A stretch of 64,000 nucleotides of DNA from Octopus sinensis (GCF_006345805.1 NC_043026.1:1860001-1924000), one strand, 5' to 3'. Counted from the first letter of the stretch, positions 1 through 12,737 are shown. Translations and numbers: made by a program. The notes: generated from the letters alone by a model not told the origin.

Positions 1-194
1 GCATCTCTGGTTGCTTTCACCAAATTTCCTCCGTCAACTGCTTCAAAACAGCAGAACTCTTGCTCAACGATCTGGTCCTCAGGGACGAATTCTCGATGCA
101 CAATACCAGTTATGTCGAAAAAACAATGAGCATGATCTTGATTGAGTTGTGGTTCTGTTGTGCCTTCTTTGGTCATGGAGATGAAGGACTGCAG
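1..194 (-). mobile_element. Mariner transposase fragment (decayed)
   Basis: The minus strand reads SP*PKKAQQNHNSIKIMLIVF/FDITGIVHREFVPEDQIVEQEF, matching the mariner catalytic-domain segment (KTMLIVFFD..GIVHREFVP.GQTVN). Confidence 0.8.
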
Positions 195-201
195 TAGTAG
201 T

Positions 202-239
<38 letters not shown>

Positions 240-388
240 ATAGTAGTAGTTGTAGTTGTAGTAGTAGTAGTAGTAATGTTTGTGCATTAGTAAACAGCCA
301 AGTCTCTGGTACAAAGGTTGTTGATAATCAAAAATTGAATTAGGTGACCTACAAGCTCCTCTTCTCCACCCTACTATCCCATCATTTC

Positions 389-443
<55 letters not shown>

Positions 444-550
444 GTATGTATGTATGTATGTATGTATGTATGTATATATGTGACCTCGTGTGTACCGTTG
501 GCAATTTTTTTTCCTCTGTCTTCTGTTCTCTGGATCTTTATTTCTCCTAT

Positions 551-585
551 GTTTCTGACGAGGAGCTCCGCTCGAAACGTTAAAC
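551..585 (+). ncRNA. Minimal type I hammerhead ribozyme motif (Penelope-like element terminal repeat)
   Basis: GUUU-CUGACGA-G-GAGC(UCC)GCUC-GAA-ACGU-U-AAAC. Stem I is GUUU/AAAC, stem II is GAGC/GCUC, stem III is the palindrome ACGU, and the predicted cleavage triplet is GUU. Confidence 0.7.
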
Positions 586-686
586 CCTCCTTCTTTCCTT
601 CTTTCCTGAGTGTCCAATAATACTATATTTGTTCCACGTCCTCGCGTTGTTGTGTTTTTTTTGTGCTTTCTTGTTTGGATTAACTT

Positions 687-720
<34 letters not shown>

Positions 721-724
721 ATAT

Positions 725-764
<40 letters not shown>

Positions 765-878
765 CCTTTTTTATATATATATATATAAATATATAGGGAC
801 AAAATATACAAAAGACAAAGATAGGTGGTGTAGACAACAAACAGATGTATTAGTTTAATGCTTGGGAAGTGAAAAAGT

Positions 879-914
879 CTTTAATGTTTCGAGTCTATGC
901 TCTTCCACAGAAAG
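879..914 (-). ncRNA. Decayed minimal hammerhead motif
   Basis: The minus strand reads CUUU-CUGUGGA-A-GAGCAUAGACUC-GAA-ACAU-U-AAAG. Stem I is intact; the core, stem II and stem III are mutated. Confidence 0.45.
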
Positions 915-982
915 AAAAAGGGAAAGAAAATAAAGAATGTGTTGTGGCTAGGGATCTACCATGGCAAATAAATATATATATA

Positions 983-1206
983 CTCTTTTCTCTTTTACTT
1001 GTTTCAGTCATCTGACTGTGGCCATGCTGGAGCACCGCCTTTAGTCGAGCAAACCAACCCCAGGACTTATTCTTTGTAAGCTTAGTACTTATTCGATCGG
1101 TCTCTTTTGCCGAACTGCTAAGTTATGGTGACATAAACACACCAGCTTTGGGTGTCAAGCAAATGTTGCAGGGACAAACACAGACACACAAACATATATA
1201 CACACA

Positions 1207-1244
<38 letters not shown>

Positions 1245-1409
1245 TATATACGACGGGCTTTTTTTTAGTTTCCATCTACCAAATCCACTCACAAGGCTTT
1301 GGTCGACCTGAGGCTATAGTAGAAGACACTTGCCCAAGGTGCCATGCAGTGGGACTGAACCTGGAACCATGTGGCTGGTAAACAAGCTACTTACCACACA
1401 GCCACTCCT
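983..1409 (-). mobile_element. tRNA-derived SINE, family A (head AGGAGTGGCTGTGTGGTAAG...GGTTCAGTCCC)
   Basis: A/B-box-like head, internal (CA)n and a tail ending in CTGAAACAAGTAAAAGA. Similar copies or parts occur at ~6905-7200, 9545-9895, 19015-19410, 24955-25110, 26145-26830, 35860-36030, 39270-39625, 40400-40840, 42920-43300, 51650-51790, 59460-59850 and 60335-60731. tRNA-derived octopus SINEs were described by Ohshima and Okada 1994; I cannot assign the exact family name. Confidence 0.85.
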
Positions 1410-2839
1410 ATGCCTATATATATATATATATATATAAGCAAAAAGTATATCCGAGGTAATGTGGTACGATGGTTTCATGCTACTTCATTTTATTAAACAC
1501 TTTAAGTATTACATCAGTTTTAAAATGTTGTGCAATCTTCAGCCACATATAGAATTTTTCAATCAAACGGACAATGCACATTCTTATCCCTATTTCGTTT
1601 GCCAACATTATAAAGAGGGTAGATATACAGACAGAGAGGTTGATTTCATTCTTAAGAACACGATAGTAGTAAATTCACTCTCTGACTGTAGACTTTTTCA
1701 CTTTGTTATTTAGATCTGTCAGTGGGGAGGGGGATTTTATTTTTGGTTGGATGAAGACAAAGAATTTAAATAGATAGAAATATGGAGACAAAGAATTTAA
1801 ATAGATAGAAATATTTATTTTATCTATGAAAATATATTTTAGCTCATAGAAGAAAAAATAACATACTATAGTATATCATTACAGGAAAATTATCTAAAAC
1901 AAAACATATATATAAAATACATAATATACATTAAGTGAAGAATACTGTAATTTAATCTATATCCATTAAATTATTTAATTATGTATTTATTTAATAAACA
2001 TCTAAGTTTAAACGAATTCTAATTACATAATATATACTAAAAGGCTTCATGCTAACCGATATTCATAATACTACTACAGACTATAACTACAAGAATTAGA
2101 AATAGAAAATGGTTCAAATATACACAGACAAATTAGTTAAACTTTATATAATTAATTCAATTTATGCATAGATTTAGTATTTCACTCATTTATAGAATTA
2201 ACCAAAGTTAATTATTAAAAATATTTACTTAAATGCAATATTACATAACAAATAAAAAATTACTACCTATTCGATAGTATTTTGTGTTACAAATCTATTT
2301 CACAATGTAAAGTATATGTAATAGTTCATAAGATAATAACAACAATGATAATGATAAGTAAATAAATATATGTATTATAACTTATAATTAACAAATAACA
2401 ATATAGAAATCAATATTTTTACAATAACAATCAAACAAAATTCAACAATATTATTTAAAAAGAAATTCACGACTTATCTAAGAAAATCTGTTTTTAAAAC
2501 TGAATTTAAAACATAAAAACATAGGCCTGTGTTTATATACATATATTATATACTGGGAAATTTGATTTAGTATTACTAAATTGAATTTTCCCTGTAAGTT
2601 TGGAATCATATTCCCTATTATTATTATTATTATTATTATTAACCCATGCTAGCATGGAAAACGGACGCTAAACGATGATGATGATGATGATGATACATAT
2701 ATAAATATACACATATATGCATATATACAGATATATGTGTATATATATGCATATATACAGAGGATATATGTGTTTATATGTATATTCAACTATCTATCTG
2801 AATGTATACATATACATATATCTGTGTGTGTATATATAT

Positions 2840-2898
<59 letters not shown>

Positions 2899-2932
2899 CA
2901 AATACACATATATATCTATGTCGGTATATATA

Positions 2933-4205
2933 TTAGGTTGTCATGTATGAAATTTGTAGTAAAGTATACGGTAAACTTTGACAGCTGCTTATTTTGCGCT
3001 ATTATTATATTTTCACAATCTTTATTTTTTGTTTGAAAGCTGACTCATCTATTTCTTTATTCTAATTCATCTTGTGCTTTATAAAGTATTTACAAATCGT
3101 TTTTTGCTATTTTTGTTTAAAGATGGATAAGTTGGAAATTCGTACAGTTTTGAAACATGAGTTCTTTCTTGGAAATACAGTATCACAGACAGCTCGGAAT
3201 ATTAATGGACTATTTCATTCTAAAGTTATAACACAGTGGACAGTATCAAATTGGTTTGCAAAATTTCATTCTGGTAACTTTGACTTTACAAATGAGCAAT
3301 GCAGTCAACCAGAAACAAGGGTGGTTAATGATGAACTGAAAGCCACCATCCAGTCAGATCCATCTCAAAGTGCCCATGAATTATCGTTGTTGTTTGGTGT
3401 TAGCAAGCAAACAATATTGACTCCCCTAGTTCAAATCAGTAAAGTGAAAAAGCTCAATAAGTGGTTTCCACCTGAACTCAATGAAAATTAGAAACAGCAA
3501 CGTTTGGAAGCTACATTATGCTACTTTCTCGTCACAAAAATGAATCATTTTTTAATCGAATTGTAATGTGATGAGAAATGGATCCAATACAACAACTGTA
3601 AATGTTCAGCACAATGGCTGGACAAAGATGAGCCACCAAAACACAGTCCAAAAAGTCAAATTCATCAAAAGAAGCTGATGGGGTGTGTTTCGTGGTCTGG
3701 CACAGGTGTGATACATTATGATTTCCTTAAACCTGGCTCATCAATCACAGCTGAAATATACTGCAGCCAACTGGACCAAATGATGCAGAAACTTACAAAA
3801 AAACAGCCTAGATTAGTCAACATATTCACTCTTATTTTATTATAAGACAACGCCAGACCCAACGTAGCAAAAATGACATTAGCGAAACTACAGGAGTTGG
3901 AGTTGGAAGTTCTCCATCATCCACCATACTCACCTAATCTTGCTCCCACTTCTTCCGGAATTTGGTTAACTTTTTGATAGGAAACACATATAATTACGTC
4001 AATGCTGTAAAACAGGCCTTCCAAGATTTTATTGACTCTAGATTGCTAGGCTTTTACAGTTCTGGGCTGGAGAAGCTACCACTGAAATGACAAAAGTGTA
4101 TTGACAATATCTGTGCATACTTTAATGAATAAAACTATTCCTTGTATTTATAAAACATTAGCAAACTTTTTTTCTTTTCGACAAATTTCATACTTGATGA
4201 TCTAA
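2933..4205 (+). mobile_element. Full-length decayed mariner (DD34D, Hsmar1/SETMAR-like) DNA transposon
   Basis: ~27-bp imperfect TIRs (TTAGGTTGTCATGTATGAAATTTGT / ACAAATTTCATACTTGATGATCTAA) flanked by TA at 2931-2932 and 4206-4207. The transposase pseudogene at 3123-4132 has MDKLEIRTVLKHEF, *DEKWIQYNN, DNARPN and HPPYSPNLAP motifs, with stops and frameshifts. Confidence 0.93.
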
Positions 4206-4393
4206 TACATACATGCATACATGATGGCTGCCCCCTTGTTATCGAGTATGGCCATTGCATGAAGCTTAACTGTTATTGGTTCTGTGATCGAATGTGACTT
4301 TTTAGCCCAGCTAAAGATCTACAATGTCTTGTACAGAATTGGCAACTAAAACTAAAACATACATACATATACATACATACATACATACATACA

Positions 4394-4444
<51 letters not shown>

Positions 4445-4760
4445 CGTCATCGTTTAATGTCCGTTCTCCATGCTAGCATGGGTTGGACGGTTCGACCGGG
4501 GATCTGGGAAGCCAGAAGGCTGCACCAGGCTCCAGTCTGATCTGGCAGTGTTTTTACAGCTGGATGCCCTTCCTAACACCAACCACTCCGTGAATGTAGT
4601 GGGGGCTATTTATGTGCCAGGCGAGGCTGGCAACGGCCACGTTTTTATGTGCCACTGGCACAGGGATCACAACTACAATTTCCATTGATTTTTGATGTTG
4701 GTGTACTTGATTCAATAGGTCTCTTCAAGCACAGGGTCGAAACGGTGTTTCTTTACTTGC
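4445..4760 (-). mobile_element. RTE-LINE 3'-UTR-derived element (family D) with (ATG)n tail
   Basis: Shares GTTAGGAAGGGCATCCAGCTGTA...CCCATGCTAGCATGGAAA.CGGAC.TTAAACGATGATG with the 3' ends of the RTE copies at 13531-14294 and 48931-50669. Other copies are at ~8890-9315, 21940-22050, 25690-26105, 38010-38480, 52765-53230 and 61045-61570. Confidence 0.8.
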
Positions 4761-4984
4761 CACCTGCACAGGAGTCAGTCCAGCGGCCCTGGCAAGTGCT
4801 GGGTACCAATCATAGGATTGGTTCGATTTCGATTCCGATTTCACTTGCTCCAACAGGACTTCACAAGCAGAGTTTAGTGTCCAATGAAGGGAGGTTGGCA
4901 GAGATGCCAGTCGTCGGATGAGGTTCGATTTCGAATTCAATTTTGACTTCACTTGCCTCCAACAGGAAGGAAAGGCATGCATAA

Positions 4985-5051
<67 letters not shown>

Positions 5052-5595
5052 TATATATATATACATACATGCATACGTACATACTTGCATACATATATGC
5101 ACCCACATCTGCTCACATACATAGATGTACACACACATGTCCACACATACCAGGTATTTATTATCTCTACTACTACTACAACTATCAGTAGTAATATTCC
5201 ACAGTAAAAATGTGAAAACAGGTGAATGACCCTCAAGACTTTCAGAACTATATTTATTCAGCATCGACTATCGATTGCTTTTTGGGTTCAAATCCTGAGG
5301 ACTTGACTTTTGTTTTCAATCTTTCTGAAGGATCTACAGAATAGATACATGTAGTAGTAGTAGTAGTAGTTGTGGCAGTGGTGGTGGTACCACGTACAGT
5401 AGCAGCAGCAGTGGTAGTGTTAGTAGTAGTAGTAGTGGTGTTTGTGGTGGTGGTGGCGATGATGTTTATGATGGTGGTGATGGCAGTGGGGGTGGTGAGG
5501 GTAGAGGTGGTGGTATTTATTCTATTGGTCTCTTTTGCCAAACTGCTATGTTACAAGGAAGTAAACAAACCAACATCAGTGGTCAAACAGTGGTG

Positions 5596-5784
5596 GCAAA
5601 CACAAACACAAACATACACACACACTCACACACTCACATGCACACACACACACTCACTCACATGCACACACACTCTCACACACACACACACACACACATC
5701 ACACACACACACACTCACATGCACACACACTCACACACACACACACACACACATCACACACACACACACTCACATGCACACACA

Positions 5785-5819
<35 letters not shown>

Positions 5820-5846
5820 ACACACACACTCACATGCACACACACT

Positions 5847-5879
<33 letters not shown>

Positions 5880-5999
5880 CACACACACACACACTCACAT
5901 GCACACACACTCTCACACACACACACACACACACACTCACACACACACACACACTCACATGCACACACACTCTCACACACACACACACACACACACAAA
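5596..5999. repeat. Compound (CA)n microsatellite with higher-order ~60-bp periodicity (CACTCACATGCACACACAC...)
   Basis: Seen directly; it explains the HT-rich ORFs. Confidence 0.9.
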
Positions 6000-6009
6000 T
6001 ATGTATGGT

Positions 6010-6665
6010 TTTTCACCATTCCAGTTACTAAGAAACGAGATATGGTGTGAAAGAAAAGTAAATTGAGTCAAGTTAACAATTCCTCATGAAGATAACTTGG
6101 ATGCTGCTCAGGCTCAAAAGATCAACTGTTATAAAAACCTCCTTGAGGAATGTGAAGACACAGGCTGGAAAGCAGAGTATTTTTCAATTGAAGTCGAATG
6201 TAGAGGATTCGTTGGACACAATGAAAGGTGAATGTTGTCACTAAGCGTAAAAGACCCCCTTCGGTCATGAATGACCATGGGATTGCACCTAGAAAGTTAC
6301 CCTCCTAGACACAAGTCCGGGCAAGGTTGTTTATGGAAGACCAGCAGTCGCCCATGCATACCGGCCTCCCCTCTCCATGCCACCAGTGTTATCCAAGGGA
6401 AAGGCAAAGGTCGATACAGCTTGGCACTAGTGACGTTGCAACTCATTTTTACAGCTGAGTGAACTGGAGCAACGTGAAATAAAGTGCCTTGCTCAAGAAC
6501 ACAACACGCAGCCCGGTCCGGGATTCGAGCTCACAACCTCACGATCGTAAGCTCGACGCTCTAACCACTGAGCCATGCCACTAAGCGTAACTCATCATAA
6601 TACCACCATGAGTGATAGTGAGGCTGAAGAGGAGAAGGCAAACCCCTGGATTCAGTTAACATGAG
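6010..6665 (+). mobile_element. C-terminal restriction-like endonuclease region of a HERO/NeSL-type non-LTR retrotransposon, interrupted by a SINE
   Basis: Translates to KLTIPHEDNLDAAQAQKINCYKNLLEECEDTGWKAEYFSIEVECRGFVGH, matching ELTVPWEEN...K..KY..L..EC...GW.A...PVEVGCRGF. After the SINE is removed the frame resumes as ...SEAEEEKANPWIQLT*. Confidence 0.7.
6251..6578 (-). mobile_element. tRNA-derived SINE, family C, young copy with a perfect 12-bp TSD
   Basis: The head has an A box (TGGCTCAGTGG) and a B box (GCTCGAATCC), and CpGs are intact. The TSD CACTAAGCGTAA is at 6239-6250 and 6579-6590. Related copies are at ~9390-9535, 18668-18845, 24490-24915 and 28290-28565. Confidence 0.88.
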
Positions 6666-7212
6666 ATAATGAGTAATGGCTAAGAAGAATATTGAGCTAA
6701 ACCCAGTAACCAATTGATCTATCAAGTGGAGCCTCATCTCAGTGAGGGGAGCCGGGGTGCCATGATGCTGTTGACAGAAAGGCTCCAATGGTATCTGGAG
6801 TTTTCAACTGGTAGCTTTGCATCTACAGGTTGTTTGCCAAAGGATAATCGAGGAAGATTTATAGATACACACACACACACACTCACACACACATTTGTAT
6901 ATTCTTTTATACATTTACATATTTCAGTCATTTGACTGTGGCCATGCTGGAACACCACCTTAAAGGATTTTTTAATTGAAGAAACTGTTCCCAGGACTTT
7001 GTGTCAGTCTCTTTTTCCAAACTGCTAAGTTACTGGAATATAAACACAACAGGCTTCTTTCAATTTCAATCTACCAAATCCACTCACAAAGCTTTGGTTG
7101 GCCCAGGGCTATAGTGGAAGACACTTGCCCTAAGTGTCTTATACAGTGGGACTGAATCTCGAACAATGTGGTTGGGAAGCAAGCTTCTTGTCATATATCC
7201 ATGACTACACCC

Positions 7213-7244
<32 letters not shown>

Positions 7245-7249
7245 TATAT

Positions 7250-7292
<43 letters not shown>

Positions 7293-7614
7293 TACGTATA
7301 CATATTTAAATATATATATATACATACATATACATGATATGTATGTGTGTGTTTATCACCCACTACTGCTTGACAACCAAAGTTAGTTTGTTTATATCCC
7401 CTTGATTCAGTGGTTTGGCAAAAAAGAAAAAGAAGAAAAATTGCTGACTGAATTAGTACAGAGTGCAATTTGTTAGACTAAAATTATTAAAAGTAGTGCC
7501 CCAGCATGGCCACAAGCCAATGACTGAAACAAGATAAAGATGAAAGAGAAACGATTACAAAAAACTTGGATACTTAGTGATACCCGGAAAGGTGAAAGGA
7601 AGAAGAAGCTGGGA

Positions 7615-7850
7615 AGAGAGAGAGAGATGCAAGGAAATAGAGAAAGGGATGCAGAGAGAGAGAGATGCAAGGAAATAGAGAAAGGGATGCAGAGAGAGAG
7701 AGATGCAAGGAAATAGAGAAAGGGATGCAGAGAGAGAGAGATGCAAGGAAATAGAGAAAGGGATGCAGAGAGAGAGAGATGCAAGGAAATAGAGAAAGGG
7801 ATGCAGAGAGAGAGAGATGCAAGGAAATAGAGAAAGGGATGCAGAGAGAG
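7615..7850. repeat. 38-bp minisatellite, ~6 copies (GAGAGAGAGAGATGCAAGGAAATAGAGAAAGGGATGCA)
   Basis: Seen directly; the period is 38 (ATGCAAGG at 7627, 7665, and so on). Confidence 0.95.
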
Positions 7851-7999
7851 AGGAACATTTGATGGTATTGCCATCCTATTGGCCCCAGAAAGACAGCAGC
7901 AATATTGAGTTGTGTGTGGAATGAGAAGGGGTCGAGTTGCATGATTAGTAACACATGTAAGGCATGGGAGGAGGAGGAGGAGGAGGAGGCAAAATGAAA

Positions 8000-8460
8000 A
8001 ACATGTCTAATTCTGAGGAAAGTGGCAACGAGAGAGCATGAGAAATACTGTAACTTTATATGGCCTAAAAAAGTTTCTGACATAAATTTCACGGTTGATG
8101 TTTTATGTAGGATGTTTAGTGAAAAAACATCGTTGTTCAATACACGTTGGAAGTGTTTGAACACTGAGACAAGTGATGGCGAAGACTTTACCTCAAATAC
8201 AAGTAGAGTGAACAGAGAGTGTGAGAGATTTAAACTGGATAAACTTTCAGACTCATTCAAATGCCTGACTTTTGGTCAGAGACTTACTGCTAAAAACGAC
8301 ACAGAAGTCAGAACAAAAATTTTCATAAAGCTGGAAATGAACCAGGATACAACTCTCCAGAAACTGCCAGAAGTGTGTGATATGATATTAAAAGTAAAGC
8401 ATGGCACAAAAGAATTGTTTACAGATAAAACCAGTGTGGAAAAGTCAGAAGATGGATAAA
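8000..8460 (+). mobile_element. Ty3/gypsy (K02A2.6-like) gag-region fragment
   Basis: ORF 8022-8459 contains HEKYCNFIWPKK...KTSLFNTRWKCLN...VNRECERFKL...FKCLTFGQRL...EVRTKIFIKLE...TLQKL, matching the conserved gag-like block of invertebrate K02A2.6-type gypsy polyproteins. Confidence 0.75.
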
Positions 8461-10259
8461 AGGTTTCAACTAAAAACACGATATACATCAGGAGATAAAC
8501 CCATGTATGGCATGCAGTGGTAGGTACCCGAGAAAACTCATTCGCAAGGCATTGGTCAACCCCAGGCTCGAGTAGAAGTCGACTGCAAATCATTTAGATC
8601 TGTATTTGCTTTATTTCTGGCATTCAAGTTGATAGTACAAAGTGTAAACATGTAGCATAAGCATTCAAACATTGTCATTATGTTTCTAATTCCTGTGCCA
8701 TTCCACATGGGACTATCGGTCCTCCAAGGTAGTCTTGATGTATAAGTTGGCCTACTATTTTTGGATGTCTGGAAGATTTGACTGGTGTCCCAGGAAATAT
8801 TGTATATGAATATGAACAATTATACACAGGATTGAGGAGGTAATGAAATTATTGTACTTTCGGTTCATTTGAGTCTTCTAATATAAATAATCCTTCAGTA
8901 TTCACATTACTCTGTCAAATGTCATGTTTATTCATTCATATTGTAAAAAGCACCATTTGAGCGTGATCATTACCAGCGTCGCCTTACTGGCACTTGTGCT
9001 GGTGGCACGTGAAAAAACATTCGAGCGAGGTCGTTGCCAGTGCTGCTGGACTGGCTCCTGTGCAGGCGGCACATAAAAAGAACCATTGAGCATGGCCGCT
9101 GCCACTACCGCCTGACTGGTCCTCGTGATGGTGGCACGTAAAAAGCACCCACTACACTCTCGGAGTGGTTGGCATTAGGAAGGGCATCCAGCTGTAGAAA
9201 CTCTGCCAGATCAGATTGGAGCCTGGTGCAGCCATCTGGTTCTCCAGTCCTCAGTCAAATTGTTCAACCCATGACAGCATGGAAAGCGGACGTTAAACGA
9301 TGATGATGATGATGATAATTGTTTTCAATTAATTCTTTATCCTCTTGTTGTCTTGAGATTTTGATGATGTGATTGTAAATTTGTGAAGTCATGTGGCTTA
9401 GTGGTTAGGGTATTCATCTCATGATCGTAAAGGTCGTGATTTCAATTCCTGATGACGCATTGTGTCCTTGAGCAAGACCCTTTAGTTCATGTTGCTCCTG
9501 TCCACTCAGCTGGCAAAAATGAGTTGTACCAGTAATTCTGCACCCATGCTGGAGCACCACCTTTAGTCGAGCAAATCAACCCCAGAACTTATTCTTTGTA
9601 AGCCTAGTACATATTCTATCGGTCTCTTTTGCCATATTGTAAACATGCCAGCATTGGTTGTCAAACGATGTTGGTGGGGGGGGGGACAAACACAGACACA
9701 CAAAGATACATATATATATATATACATATACATATATACGATGGGCTTCTTTCAGTTTCTGTCAACCAAATCCACTCACAAGGTTTTGGTTGGCCCGAGG
9801 CAATAATAGAAGTCACTTGCCAAAGGTGCCACGCAGTGGACTGAACCCGGAACCATGTGGTTGGTAAGCAAGCTACATACCACACAGCCACTCCTGTGTT
9901 TATATATATGTATGTATATATAAAATAAATATTTTTTAGGAAGAGTATATCTCAAAGTACAAACTTAAGTATGGAGTGTCAGTCGAGTACAGAGTCCCTC
10001 TCTCTCTCTCTTTCGGAGAGGCACAAGCACCTACACGCACATATACACACACGGCAGTAACTTCCGCCTGCCGAATTCAATCACAAAGCTTCGGTCAGCT
10101 CGGAGCTATAGTGGAAGACACCTACCCAAAGTGCCACGCAGTAATAAGAAATTAAGATGACAAAGGAAATAAACAATTAAAGTTATGTACTTCATTGACT
10201 TACAACTGTTTCTGCTTTAAGATGCAATGCACTCATATTTGAGTGTTTGAGTATCTGCA

Positions 10260-10359
10260 CTTCATGTTTGAAGCTCTGATGAAGCTATAGGGTAATACTC
10301 AAACAGTGAACCATGAGTGCATTGCATCCCATAGCAGAAACGGCTGTAAGCTAATGAAG
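10260..10359 (+). ncRNA. Type I hammerhead ribozyme with extended stems I and II
   Basis: CUUCAU..AGCU-CUGAUGA(10276-82)-A-GCUAUaGGG...CCCAUAGC-A-GAAA(10337-40)-CGGCU-GUA-AGCU-a-AUGAAG. Stem I is AGCU/AGCU plus CUUCAU/AUGAAG. Stem III is ACGGCUGU (near-palindrome). Predicted cleavage is after 10348. Confidence 0.72.
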
Positions 10360-11426
10360 TTCATAACATAAAGTAATGGAGATGACAACGGAAATAAATA
10401 TTTATTTAGTTCTGTTGTCATCTCTATTACTTTTATATACATGTGTGAATGTGTGTGAATGTACACATACAATATTATAGGATCAATCAATCGATTATGA
10501 TACAAACAGTTGGTTAGCATTGAGCATAAACAAGGCTTATATAGAAAAGAAATGAATCAGTAATTGATCACTAAAATTTATATTAACCAATGCATTAAAA
10601 TATTTTATCCTCAAAAGAAATCAACAAATGTTACTCACAATGTGATAGCTAAGTCAGTAAATGAAAGGGAGTCAAGTACTACAGCTGTTTCAAAAGGAGC
10701 AGTGAGTGTTTATTATGTAACACTGAAAATGTTGCATGGCTTTTTGATGTCCTTTCTCATTGGACGTATATGATTATTCTGTTGAAAATTATTTGTTGTT
10801 ATGCCATATGTTACAAATGTTACAAATTATTGAACAAAACGCACACACATATACACACCTTCACAAACACACCTTCACATACACATATGTACACAAATGA
10901 ACACACATGTACGCATGCACACACACACATATTAGGTGGTGCATGTATTATGTGATACACTAAACCAGAATGTTTTAGCCCAGGTCCAGTGGAAGAAACC
11001 ACACCAAATCTATATTAGAATATCTGTGTAAACAAAAGGCTCAATTGTTAAGGTGTATAACATTTGACAATCTGTGTGTGTGTGTGCATGAGGGGCTATT
11101 TAGCTTAATGATGCAGAACACTTTGCTGGTATCTGAGAGGTAGAGGATTCAATTTTCCGTAACTGCCCATTAACAATATTTTGAAAATAAAATAAAAATA
11201 AGGCAGTGATCTGGCACAATTGTTAGCCGTCTGGGCAAAATGCTTTGTGGCACTTCACCCATCTTCCCGTTCTGAGTTTAAGTTCTCTGAGGTTGACTTT
11301 ATCCTTTACTCTTTCAGGAGTTGATAAAATAATTTCCAATCGAGGACTGGGGTTCATGTAATCAACTTACCTCCACCACTAAAATTGCTGGCCTTGTGCA
11401 AAAATTTGAAACCATAATTATTATTA

Positions 11427-11469
<43 letters not shown>

Positions 11470-11472
<3 letters not shown>

Positions 11473-11685
11473 GGTGGCAAGCTGGCAGAATCGTTAACAT
11501 GCTGGGCAAAATGTTTAGAGACATTTCGTCTGTCTTTATGTTCCAAGTTCAAATTCAGCCGAGGTCACCTTTACCTTTCATTCATTCGGGTCTATAAAAT
11601 AATAGCAGTTGAGCCCTAGGGTTGATGTAATCAACTTAACCCACCACCTCGAAATTGCTGGCCTTGTGCCACAATTTGAAACCTG
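11470..11685 (+). mobile_element. tRNA-derived SINE, family B (GGTGGCAAGCTGGCAGAATCGTT...GAGTTCAAAT...TTTGCCTTTCATCCTTTC...GATAAA.TAAGTACCAG)
   Basis: A/B-box head plus a conserved central domain that resembles the Meta-SINE-type domain (assignment from memory, unverified). Other copies are at ~11205-11415, 25128-25340, 29481-29668, 33060-33190 (-), 39850-40070, 41265-41465, 54500-54935 and 62735-63100. Confidence 0.8.
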
Positions 11686-11695
11686 TACATGTGTG

Positions 11696-11727
<32 letters not shown>

Positions 11728-12239
11728 AACGTTTTGTACAATACTTTGTCAAATATGATAGCATGTATGTGATGCTTGTCATGAGGGTGAAATTATGAAA
11801 AATAGTTTATTTTAAGTAAATGTAGTTACAGCCTTGCCCACCACCATATTACATTTCATAGTAACAGTCTCTTGGCTGGACTTGGTATAAATAATTTTAC
11901 ACCTAAGTCAACTAATAGGAATTCTTTTTTTATTGTGTCTGGGGAGAGTGATTCTCTTTTAGTGCCTTATTATTTACTTAACACACTTTACATTTAGGTT
12001 AACGTTAAAACATACTTGACAAATAAAAGGATTACATTTCAGAAAAAAGAAAAAAAAATATCTCACAAAAGTGAAATTTATATTCATGTATAAATTTCCT
12101 TTTATCTTTTACTTGTTTGAGTCATTGGGGTGTGGCCATTCTGGGGCACTGCTTTGAAAGCTCTTGTCAAACAAGTCAACTTCCGAACTTATTTTCTTTT
12201 CTAAGCTTGGTAATTATTCTATCAATCTTTTTTTGCCAA

Positions 12240-12665
12240 GCTGTTAAGTTAACGTGGTTTTCTATGGCTGGATGCCCTTCCTAATGCCAACCATTTTACA
12301 TAGTGTGCTGGGGGCTTTCTAGATACTACTGGCATGGGTGCATTTATGCTGCACTGGTGCAAGCACATTCTATGTGGCATCGGCCCCTGCGAAGGACAAG
12401 CCTGTATGTATGGATGACTGCGATTTTACTTAGCTTGATGCGCCTTCTCAAGTAAAGCAAATCATCACAACACCTTGTCCCTTGTCATTTTCTCAGTGAG
12501 GCCCAGCATCCGAAGATCCTTTCTCACTACTTTGTCTTATGTCTTCCTGGGTCTACCCTTTCCACAGGTTCCCTCCACAATTAGAGCTCAGCACTTCTTT
12601 ACACAGCTGTCCTCATCACATGACCAAATCAGCACAATCTTCTCTCTTGCACAGATGTTGTATCT
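12240..12665 (-). mobile_element. RTE LINE 3' fragment
   Basis: The minus strand encodes a VQERRL...DEDSCVKKC..L.VEGTCGKGRPRKT-like segment followed by the RTE 3' UTR. Confidence 0.75.
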
Positions 12666-12737
12666 GAGGCCTCTTACACCCAGCTTTCCTCTTAACTCAT
12701 TTACATTCTGTCGTATGTTTGCACAGATATATATATA

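Noticed and set aside
6500-6578. tRNA genes at SINE heads (here and at other family A/B/C heads)
   Set aside because: A/B boxes are present, but they run into SINE bodies and give no complete cloverleaf.
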